NCBI GenBank assembly: GCA_963716985.1
Contig: OY970323.1
Location: 1,952,001 to 2,016,000, forward strand
Reading direction: 5' to 3'
Length of the DNA stretch: 64,000 bases
From: an uncultured bacterium
GTDB taxonomy: Bacteria; Chlamydiota; Chlamydiia; Chlamydiales; SM23-39
The translations under genes were made by a program, and so were the position numbers. Positions within the stretch are counted from its first letter, which is position 1, and the number at the start of each line of letters is the position of its first letter. Below are positions 20,391 to 28,870 of this stretch, piece after piece. A model generated the notes under the pieces. The model was not told the DNA's origin. It ran no database searches and saw only the letters and a program-made list of their open reading frames with translations.

Positions 20391-21035
20391 ATTCTATACT
20401 CCTTTTGGTTGACTCGCTAAGCCATCCAAAGGAGTATAGATATGTTTGTCGTTTCCTTCTTTACTGAATTTTAAGGCCAAGCCTTGAGAGTCCACTGGTC
20501 AAACCAGTGGCTTACCTATTGAGAGTTATTTTTTCATAGATCCTAAGCAGAGGAACCAACACTACCCATTGATTGATATTATCGCAGTTGTTGTCATGGA
20601 CATTATTTGCACGGCTGACGATTTCGTTGCCGTTTACCGATGGGCTTGTCATCGTGGTGAGTGGCTTAGCTCAATGGGATTATGCCTAAATGAAGTTCCC
20701 TCTCATGACACCATGAATCGAGTATTCCGTTTGCTTGATCCGAAGCACTTTAACGAATGTTTTATGCAATGGGTTCGTACGATTGCAGCAACCATTGAAG
20801 GTGTCATTGCCATTGATGGGAAAACTCTCTGCAATTCAGGAGATGAGTTTCGACAGACAAGTCCACTGCACATCGTCCATGCATTTGCCGCCGAGAATCA
20901 TCTGCTGCTAGGGCAACTAGCCACCGACGCAAAATCAAATGAGATTACGGCAATCCCAGAACTGCTTAAGATGCTGACCATGCATTAATTCATAAAGATT
21001 TTGATCTAAAACAATCTCGCGGTAAGCCCTCCTTG

Positions 21036-21329
21036 CAGGGAAATTGCACGAAAAATTTCTTGATTTTTGCTTTAAAAATGGATCTCCTTGAAAAGACCCA
21101 ATTTTTAGCACCGCAACCAACCTTTTAGCCTGATTGTTGGCCTTGTTCACCTTGAGAGAGAAAGTTTCGGTCAGGGGCAATAAGACGCAAGTTCAATGTC
21201 TTCATTAAAAAACACAGACAGCAGTCTAAGAAACTGACCGAAGAAGTGAACAAGGCCTGATTGTTCATCCGCCTGAAAAACATAAACAACTAAGAATCAA
21301 TGGGCGCAAATCTTCTTGCAATTTCCCTG
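21036..21329. mobile_element. ISAs1-type MITE with a nested MITE, 10-bp TSD GCCCTCCTTG
   Basis: CAGGGAAATTGCA TIRs; TSD at 21026-21035 and 21330-21339. Confidence 0.92.
21139..21257. mobile_element. GGCC-end MITE (IS1595-like ends), 119 bp, 8-bp TSD TGATTGTT
   Basis: GGCCTTGTTCAC...GTGAACAAGGCC; the empty site is present in the 10457-10624 copy. Confidence 0.92.
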
Positions 21330-21466
21330 GCCCTCCTTGAATGTCGCAGTCTGAATGAAAATAACCAAATTCTTCTGATATTTTGATTCTCATCGAGAAA
21401 TTTTCCGAGCTCTCCAAAGTCCAATTCCAGATCCCTTCCGGGAAAGGTGGATCGGACCATGACGGG

Positions 21467-23378
21467 TGGGGTGTGACAAACAATCAGAAGACGTCCAACA
21501 ATGGCCCAAGAGAGCCGTAGTACTACCCCCCTATTTTTTGTCCAACTTTACTACACAAACCTTTCAATAAAATCTTGACTTCACAACAACAAAACCGTCA
21601 CAATGTTTAGTCATTTTTCCCGATAGGATAAAAATGAAGAAAGAACGGCCTGGTGAATTGCACCAGAAAATCAAGCGGCTACGAACATCCAGAGATGCGC
21701 TGAAGCATCACAATTATGAAAAAACCCAGCAGAACAAAAAACTTCGCGACAGGAATGTAGAGATTGCTGAAAGTCGCGATCATTGGAAAGATCGTAATAA
21801 AGAGCTTGACCAGCAAAAGGAAGGCCTGGAGCAACAAATACAAGTTGCGCAGGAGAGATTACTGGAGGCTCAAGAGAAGATACAGACTGCAAAGAAAGAG
21901 ATAGAGCGCGAGCGAATACGAGCTGATGAGGAACGCAGGCGCGCAGATCAACTCCAAACTGAAATTGAAGCAGCTCGAAAAAAAAAACAGGGGTCTTGAA
22001 AATTTGATTCCAAAGATGGGAGAGAAAGCCCCGCGTGGTTGGTATCCCATCTTGATGATCATCATGTGCATTAGGCTAGTGCTCCAAGCTACTATTTCAT
22101 TTCGCGCAGCTCCTAAGGCGATTCATATTGCATTTTCTCAATTCGATGCTGTCAAAGATCAACCGATTCCAACATACAAAAGCATCAGCAGATGGCTAAC
22201 GCAGATAGGTCTCTATAAGTTGAATTGCCCGAAAGAACAAGCAAATGACTGGGCACTAGTCATTGACAATTCAGTCCAAATTGGTACTCAAAAATGTCTT
22301 GTAATTTTAGGAATGCGTCTGAGTAAGTTTCAGAAGGGAAAAGCACTAACTCTCGAGGACATGGAAGTACTGATTATAGAGCTCCATGATCAGTCCAACG
22401 CGAATATTGTCTGCAGGGCATTGGAGAATGCACAGAAAAAAATTGGAAAGGCTGCTATGGTATGCGCTGATGATGGTTCAGATCTCCGAGGCGGAATTGA
22501 ACTGTTTTGTCAGAAGCATGGTGCTGGCCGCGTTTTTGACACTATTCATAAAATTGGCACTTTTTTAAAAAAGATTTTCGAGGATGATTCGGAATGGCAA
22601 GCTTTTTCAACAGCTGCGGCAGCTGCCAAGAATAAGATGCAGCAAACACAGGCAGCTCATCTCATGCCACCCAACCAAAGGACGAAGTCTCGATTCCTCA
22701 ATATCGAGATTCTTGCGCGATGGGGAATTGACATTATGGTTGCCATAGATACGCCGAACCATCCTGACAAGGATCTGCTCGAACAATACTGTGGCTGGAT
22801 TCGTCAATATACAGGGCTCATTGAAAGATTGAAACAATTTGACCTCATCAGTCGGAAAACTAGACAGTATATCCGCGAGAATGGAGTGAGTTTTAGCACA
22901 GGAGAGCAGATAGATGCATTTTTGGAAGAGGAAATGAAGTCCTTAAATTTTAATGCAGAAGCATGCGAATACGCTGGAGCGCTGATAGATTTCTTCTACG
23001 AACAGTCGAAAGTCGTCCCTTTTGGACAAACCTGGCTTGGTTCAAGCGAAATCATAGAATCTCTATTTGGAAAATTGAAAAGTCTCGAGAATGACCAAAG
23101 CAAGGGAGGCTTCACGCCGCTTATTCTGGGAGTAGCTGCGTGCGTCGGTAAAGTGGATATTGCTTTGGTGAAGGCAGCCATGACACATATAAAGATAAGT
23201 GATGTCGACACGTGGACAAGAGAACAGGTCGGATCGACGCTACTTTCCAGAAGAAGGAAAGCTTTGGCGTTCTGGAGAAAAAAGAATTTTCAAAAAAATA
23301 TTGTACACGAATCGGCTGGAGCCGTCAGGAGCGAAGCGATTGGTTTTTAGTGGTCAACTATCAATTTGTCACACCCCA
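21467..23378 (+). mobile_element. Unclassified Mutator-like (p-MULT-type) IS, 1912 bp, 14-bp TIR, 9-bp TSD CATGACGGG
   Basis: TGGGGTGTGACAAA at both ends; TSD at 21458-21466 and 23379-23387; removal restores istA. Confidence 0.88.
21634..23350 (+). CDS. Putative DDE transposase in two overlapping ORFs (coiled-coil OrfA 21634-21999; catalytic OrfB to 23350) joined at an A10 run
   Basis: WALVIDNS, VCADDGSDL, DTIH (DxxH), SSEIIESLFG; A10 at 21978-21987, where loss of one A fuses the frames. Confidence 0.75.
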
Positions 23379-23940
23379 CATGACGGGTTCTATCTTCCTG
23401 GGGAAATATTTCGCGCGATAACGCCTGATGACTTGCACATCACAGGGACATTTTTCCTGCAATAATCTCTGGATGACAACAGAGGAAAGCCCCTCTTGGC
23501 ACCATTTTTCTATCTGTTCTTTATAAGAATCAAGAGAATGTTCTTGGACCTCTGTTTTTTTATTCCATACTTTTTCAACTTCTTCATCGCTTGGCATCGC
23601 CAATGTAGGATCCAGCCATTGATGAATAACGGCCAAGTCTCAAACGATGAATGATATTTCTTATCTCTGTCATGCTTTTCTCCTTGCCTTTCATAAATTT
23701 CTCTCCGCTGCTTAGATTTTTTCTCAGTTTTTGAGAAAGACCATAAAGCACGGATAGTAAAAAAGTAGTATGTGGGTCAATAAGACGTTAATTTAAGGCA
23801 AGGGGTGGGTCATTCTCAGTGATTGTTACCACATGGTGACATTTCCATTTTGCGTTGACAGGCAAAGAACCATTCCTTGCTTAATATGGTTAATGTTTTG
23901 TAAGCTTTTTTTCTTAAATAAAAAAGTGTGGGGGGTTTTT

Positions 23941-24237
23941 ATGTCTGGTTTATCCATTTTTTTTCCTAAGACTACTTCAGGGGTGACTTTTTTTTGGCAG
24001 GGGAAAGACGCATCAACGCAAGAGCCTTTTCTAGAAACTGTAAGAAAAACTCTGATTGTCATGTTGATATCTTTGGCCGTCATTGGATCGATCTTTAATA
24101 TGGCAGCAGCCCTCCAGTTTCTGGCCACCGGGTCTCTCACACCTGGAGGCGTGTACTCGCAATTTGCCTTCGCTTTAGTAATGTCTGTCGTGACAGCCGT
24201 AGTGTCTACTGTCGTAGACAGATACTTTCGCAAATAG
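23941..24237 (+). CDS. Small hypothetical membrane protein (2 hydrophobic segments)
   Basis: 98-aa ORF from ATG 23941 with a bilobed hydrophobic C-terminal half. Confidence 0.6.
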   Translation: MSGLSIFFPKTTSGVTFFWQGKDASTQEPFLETVRKTLIVMLISLAVIGSIFNMAAALQFLATGSLTPGGVYSQFAFALVMSVVTAVVSTVVDRYFRK

Positions 24238-24349
24238 AAATCAATCCAAAGCAAACCTTAAAATGCACGGATTTTCCTAAATTTTTAGTAACCGCATGTC
24301 AAAGTGCGGGCATGTTTCAGATTTCTTATTTTCAGAGAGAGCTGCTGTT

Positions 24350-25871
24350 CTCGACTTTGCAACTTTTAGCGGCTTAGCTCAGGCCGCCTGAAGCACTCGC
24401 CTTACTATATCATCCATCCAATCCACCATTTCCGGAGTAATATTTTCCACGGAAGGTGTGATTTTAGTCTTCCCGGAAATTAAATTATCCCTCCATATTA
24501 CCATGCGCACAGCCCTCAACATATCGGAAAATGTGACTTGTTCTTTTTGGTGCCAAGCAGTTGCCTCTACTTTCAGCAACTTTACCTGTCCCAATCGATT
24601 TGCCATTAGGCATACACAACTATATAGCCCCATCAGTATGGGAGTCGATCGGGCTATTGCTCGATCCGACCATTGCCGCTGGGTCTCTACGCCAAGATGT
24701 TCACGTGTTTCCTCGAATGTGACCTCAAGTCCCCAGCGATCGATAAATAATTCTATCATACGTTCTGCCGTCATGAGTGGATCTGTGCTCATAAGAGGTA
24801 GAGGATCAAGTTTTCCTGTAGGATCCACCACCAAAGTCCATCGGATGGGAATAGGAGTCACTCCATCGGCTCCCCACATACATGTGTTAGACAGCACGCG
24901 AGCTACCCGTTTCTCTCCGCCGTAACCGACTACTTCCATTTCTTTCCAGGGCAATCCCTTCAGAGATAGCATCTGTTTAAAATTTTGCAATTTGACGCCT
25001 TTCTGTGCAGTACGTCCCCTTTGGCCGGGACGCTTTTCGGCCGGGAAATCGAACAGGGCTGCATTCATTTTCAGTCGCGAAACAAGAGTCACCCCAGAAC
25101 AGATACAGTTCAGAGCCAACTGTCCCGCAGCATATCCTCCATCGCCAACAAGAATTAGTGATCGCGCCTTACCTACCCATCGACGCACCTGTAAGACCAT
25201 CTGACTCGCCCATTTTAATGAGGTTTTGTGCCGACGTTTCTTCGCTTCATCACATTTTTTAGAAGGCTCCAGTGCACTCAAAAAAGGCAATGCAAGTGCT
25301 CTCGACATAAACGGCAATTTCACAGAGAGCGCCATAACCTGCCACTTCAAACCCATGGCTTTGACCACTCGAGACTGTGACGATCGAACCGCATCTCGAT
25401 AATAGCCCTTTGCTTTTATCTTCTTGCCACGCCTGCGCTCCAATGTCTCGTCAATGAGCAGAACCAAAGGATGCTGATCGGAGACAAAGATAAGCAACAT
25501 AAAGAATAGGATTTTCGCTGCCTTGAGTGACGACCATTCCGCCCGGTTTAAAAGGTGATGGTACTTTGAAAAACCCGACTGATGCTCAAGACCCATTGCG
25601 CGCAGAGCCGCACACACGGTTCTCTTGCCAGTGCATAAAAGCGTGCCAAGTAATAAGGTCAGGGCTTTTTTCCAAGAAGGATTTGAAAAAAGTACTGAAA
25701 AAGGGATGAGTACTGCTAAAATGTTTGACGATAGAGAGTCCATGAGAGCCTGCCATTTTGTTTTACTGAACCAAATAGTATGCGCGAAGCGGCACTCTCT
25801 ATCAACTTTTTATTTTACAGATTGAAGCAAATGACTTTGGGCTATCAGATCGAAAAATGTACAAAGTCGAG
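24350..25871 (-). mobile_element. IS701-like element, 1522 bp, flanked by a 27-bp direct repeat
   Basis: CTCGACTTTG TIRs; TTCTTATTTTCAGAGAGAGCTGCTGTT at 24323-24349 and 25872-25898. Confidence 0.88.
24379..25743 (-). CDS. IS701-like (DDE_5) transposase
   Basis: LLIDETLERRRGKKI, LVGDGGYA, RWGLEVTFEETREHLG. Confidence 0.88.
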   Translation of the reverse strand: MDSLSSNILAVLIPFSVLFSNPSWKKALTLLLGTLLCTGKRTVCAALRAMGLEHQSGFSKYHHLLNRAEWSSLKAAKILFFMLLIFVSDQHPLVLLIDETLERRRGKKIKAKGYYRDAVRSSQSRVVKAMGLKWQVMALSVKLPFMSRALALPFLSALEPSKKCDEAKKRRHKTSLKWASQMVLQVRRWVGKARSLILVGDGGYAAGQLALNCICSGVTLVSRLKMNAALFDFPAEKRPGQRGRTAQKGVKLQNFKQMLSLKGLPWKEMEVVGYGGEKRVARVLSNTCMWGADGVTPIPIRWTLVVDPTGKLDPLPLMSTDPLMTAERMIELFIDRWGLEVTFEETREHLGVETQRQWSDRAIARSTPILMGLYSCVCLMANRLGQVKLLKVEATAWHQKEQVTFSDMLRAVRMVIWRDNLISGKTKITPSVENITPEMVDWMDDIVRRVLQAA

Positions 25872-25913
25872 TTCTTATTTTCAGAGAGAGCTGCTGTTGG
25901 CATTAAATGAGGA

Positions 25914-25951
25914 TTGTGCTAATTGTATACCTAGGTATACAATTAGCACAA
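25914..25951. repeat. 38-bp perfect palindrome upstream of the ATPase gene
   Basis: TTGTGCTAATTGTATACCTAGGTATACAATTAGCACAA equals its own reverse complement. Confidence 0.9.
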
Positions 25952-25972
25952 ACAACAAGCATAAAAAAACGC

Positions 25973-27187
25973 ATGGAATTCTTAAGAAGAGATCTGTCGC
26001 AAACCCTAAAGAAATTCACCAAGTTCCCTGTGATTGCCCTGCTAGGTCCTAGACAATCCGGCAAAACCACATTAGTGAAAAAAGTCTTTAAAAATTATCA
26101 ATTCGTGAATTTAGAGGCTCCGGATGTTCGCGAGCGTGCTATTTCAGATCCAAGGAGATTTTTGCGAGAATTGGAAAACAAACATGGAGTTATCTTAGAC
26201 GAATTTCAGCATGCGCCACAGATTCTCTCTTATATTCAAATTGAAGCTGATGAAAAAAACCGACCCGGCTATTTTGTTTTAACCGGATCGCAAAATTTTC
26301 TAATGAACCAAGCGATTTCACAATCACTGGCAGGAAGAGTCGGCCTTTTGACTCTTTTACCTCTATCTCTAAATGAACTAAAAAAAAACAGCCTTTTACA
26401 ATCTTCCATAGATGAAGTTTTGCTTAAAGGCGGCTATCCACGTCTATATACAGGCAATTTTCTCCCTAATGAACTTTATCAATCCTATCTTCAATCCTAT
26501 GTTGAACGTGACGTAAGACAGCTGGTAAATGTTGGAAATTTAAGAAACTTTCAAAAATTTATGCAGCTTTGCGCCGGTCGTATTGGTCAACTAACTAATT
26601 TTACTGATTTAGCAACAAATTGTGGAATTAGTCGCAAAACAGCAGATCAATGGATTTCTTTATTGGAAGCGAGTTATATCATTTTCCTTCTCCCGCCTCA
26701 TTTTAATAATTTCAACAAACGCCTCGTCAAAACACCAAAGCTATATTTTTACGACACGGGGCTCGCCTGTTCTCTTTTGGGTATACAATCGACCAAAGAG
26801 CTTTCAGTGAGCACTTTTAGAGGCCATCTATTTGAAAATTTGATTATTGCCGATCTTTTTAAGCAATATTTCAACCTGGGTCAAAAGCCGCCGCTTTCCT
26901 TTTGGCGCGATCGAAATGGTCGGATTGAAATTGACTGTCTGATCAAAAAAGGGACTGCTTTAATTCCTGTTGAAATCAAATCTTCCGAGACCATAGTAAA
27001 TGACTTTTTTCATGCGTTTCCTCTATGGGCCAGCACCATCCAAAAACAACCTGCTTCAGGCTATGTTATTTATGCAGGACCATCGCACCAAACGCGCCCT
27101 CACGGTGAAATTCTAAGCTGGAAAATGGCGGGTCAATTTGTGAATCGACAGATTTTGAACAAGAAGGAAAAAACCAAAAGAAAATAA
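25973..27187 (+). CDS. AAA_14 ATPase with C-terminal DUF4143 (PD-(D/E)xK-like) domain
   Basis: GPRQSGKT, ILDEFQ, LTGSQ, SLAGR, GGYP, KLYFYDTG, EIDCL...PVEIKS. Confidence 0.92.
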   Translation: MEFLRRDLSQTLKKFTKFPVIALLGPRQSGKTTLVKKVFKNYQFVNLEAPDVRERAISDPRRFLRELENKHGVILDEFQHAPQILSYIQIEADEKNRPGYFVLTGSQNFLMNQAISQSLAGRVGLLTLLPLSLNELKKNSLLQSSIDEVLLKGGYPRLYTGNFLPNELYQSYLQSYVERDVRQLVNVGNLRNFQKFMQLCAGRIGQLTNFTDLATNCGISRKTADQWISLLEASYIIFLLPPHFNNFNKRLVKTPKLYFYDTGLACSLLGIQSTKELSVSTFRGHLFENLIIADLFKQYFNLGQKPPLSFWRDRNGRIEIDCLIKKGTALIPVEIKSSETIVNDFFHAFPLWASTIQKQPASGYVIYAGPSHQTRPHGEILSWKMAGQFVNRQILNKKEKTKRK

Positions 27188-27489
27188 TCCAAGATCTGGA
27201 AAACAGTCTTGCAACTACAAAAAATTGAGGAAGAGGGACGCAACGATCCCCCCCTCTAATCCGTCGTCGTTTGCATGCTTTATCCTTGAAGAATCTTGGC
27301 TATTCTCTTCAGGACATTTCTGCATGCAATTTTTCTCAAAAAAGCTTTTTACTAAAAGCAACGGCGTAAAAAATATTATTTTAAAATGTTAAATTATTTT
27401 TTTAATTATCCTTAAAATTTTAATTTTGTTGACTTGTCTTTTTCAAAAAAGCTATAACTTTTTCGTCATAACTAATTAATGAGGATTTT

Positions 27490-28227
27490 ATGAAAGCAAA
27501 TCTCCTCAAGCATTGTTTATGGTTCAATCCTTGGGGTCTTTTCCAAAAAAAAGAAGAAGAGCACATCTTCGGTCTTTACTGCGTCACTCATCTAGGACGA
27601 AGAACAAACAGTATCAAAAATCCCTTTCTCAAAATAGTAGCAAAAGTCGGAGGCTATACATTGGACTTTTTCATAGCTCTTGCGATCAATCTCCCCGATT
27701 TGTTGCAGAAAAAAAAGGAGCCGCCAAAAACATTCGCCTATCTTAAGGCGCTCGCTTTTGGGCTTGTCCTTTTCGGGGTAACGATCTATCTCATTAAACA
27801 ATACTGTTTTTTTCCCTTTATCACTCGCCATCATTTACCACCCGCTCCTCCGGTTGTACAACCAATCGTGAAAACTCCCCCCATCCCTACGCAAGTCCCC
27901 TCTTTTTTTCCTCGAATGATTTATTCTTTTATAGAAAGGTCGATCGACGAGCGCTATTTCATTGCCGATCATATGGCCAGGTGTATCGGCTTTTTTATCT
28001 GCTTTCGATGGATTCTGCTCCATTTGCCGCCAGGAGAACAGAATCTTCGGGGCCTTGCCCATCATCTCCTCATCACCTTTGGGCTAGAAAAGTCCAAGGA
28101 GGAGAAAGCGCGAGAGCTCAAAGAGCAAGAGAGTAAAAAAGAGCAAAAATCCGGCGAGATAATACAAAAAACTCAACCACCTACAGAGAGTGGCGGCCAT
28201 GATACAGCAATTCCTAAAACGAACTAG
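27490..28227 (+). CDS. Hypothetical membrane protein with Pro-rich linker
   Basis: 245-aa ORF with GAGG RBS, hydrophobic segments and a PPAPP region. Confidence 0.7.
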   Translation: MKANLLKHCLWFNPWGLFQKKEEEHIFGLYCVTHLGRRTNSIKNPFLKIVAKVGGYTLDFFIALAINLPDLLQKKKEPPKTFAYLKALAFGLVLFGVTIYLIKQYCFFPFITRHHLPPAPPVVQPIVKTPPIPTQVPSFFPRMIYSFIERSIDERYFIADHMARCIGFFICFRWILLHLPPGEQNLRGLAHHLLITFGLEKSKEEKARELKEQESKKEQKSGEIIQKTQPPTESGGHDTAIPKTN

Positions 28228-28751
28228 GCAGAGGGAGTTTCGCTATCAGAAAATCTCTTGTATCCAAAAATACAAAGCGGCAGGCCCGCCATGAAATAGA
28301 TCACCCACCAATATCCTTTCCAATGCAGCTCAACCTCTCCGTCCGATGAAAAGAAAAACAGGAAGAAGGCGAGAAAGAGCAGATTGATTCCGATGGAAAA
28401 AAGAAAGAATGGCAGGAAAAAAGATTTTGAAGAGATTACGTCCGCCTGCCTTCTTGTTTCTTCAAATAAAGCCTCTTCTTTGACCGATTCCTGAAAAAAA
28501 GAAGGGGTTTCTTTTGGCTGTTGCAAAAGACCCTCTTCTGATTTCGCACGATAAGGCGGAGGGTAGAGGGAAGCTAGCGTCTCCTGAGGAGAAAGAGAAC
28601 GAACATCTTTCGTTGCAGGCCCGCTTTCCTCTTCCACATGGCCAATCTCTGCCCCGCAAAAAGGACAAAGGGCCGCTTGAATTTCGACTTGTCCTTCACA
28701 ATAAGGACACATTTTCATTCGCTTTTTTGGTTGCATAGGACTTTCCGTCAA
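28224..28751 (-). CDS. Conserved chlamydial zinc-ribbon membrane protein
   Basis: CPYC...CPFC N-terminus, two C-terminal TM helices, divergent from lpdA-lipA. Confidence 0.8.
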   Translation of the reverse strand: MTESPMQPKKRMKMCPYCEGQVEIQAALCPFCGAEIGHVEEESGPATKDVRSLSPQETLASLYPPPYRAKSEEGLLQQPKETPSFFQESVKEEALFEETRRQADVISSKSFFLPFFLFSIGINLLFLAFFLFFFSSDGEVELHWKGYWWVIYFMAGLPLCIFGYKRFSDSETPSA

Positions 28752-28870
28752 AGAACAGCTATCTACTTCGCATCATAATACTGAATCGATTTTTTCCCCA
28801 AGTAGAATGAAAAGGTGGCGTCTTTTTTTTCTCAGCGCTAAGATCATTTTTGGAGCGGAGGTTTCAACTT

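Larger units (their letters stand above)
17597..20517 (-). mobile_element. IS200-type element (tnpA only); boundaries approximate
   Basis: Left-end hairpin CCACTGGTTTGACCAGTGG, RBS-sequestering stem upstream of the ATG, right-end hairpins GCAGCCC..GGGCTGC and CCCTCGCTTTGCGAGGG; no TIRs. Confidence 0.82.
17484..20543. mobile_element. Non-autonomous TIR element (~140-bp core, 3-bp TSD TAA) carrying an IS200 inside
   Basis: GGATCTGTGAAAAAATAACT versus reverse complement GGATCTATGAAAAAATAACT (19/20); TAA at 17481-17483 and 20544-20546. Confidence 0.85.
17324..20988 (+). mobile_element. ISAs1-family element relic (left end + split, 3'-truncated transposase at 17416-17483 / 20547-20988)
   Basis: Left end TAGGGAAATTGCAAGAA; MSFSLPANAPLLLAFSDLPDPR joins KQRNQHYPLIDII...PSHDT...IAIDGKTL...KSNEITAIPELL in frame after removing 17484-20546. 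Confidence 0.88.
20980..23833 (-). mobile_element. IS21-family relic (left end + fragmented istA), interrupted twice
   Basis: IRL TGTGGTAAC... with repeated TGACCCAC; istA start MKGKEKSMTEIRNIIHRLRLG (23694); rejoined ...EPVMVRSTFPGRDLELDFG...FSFRLRHSRRAYREIVLDQ. Confidence 0.8.
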
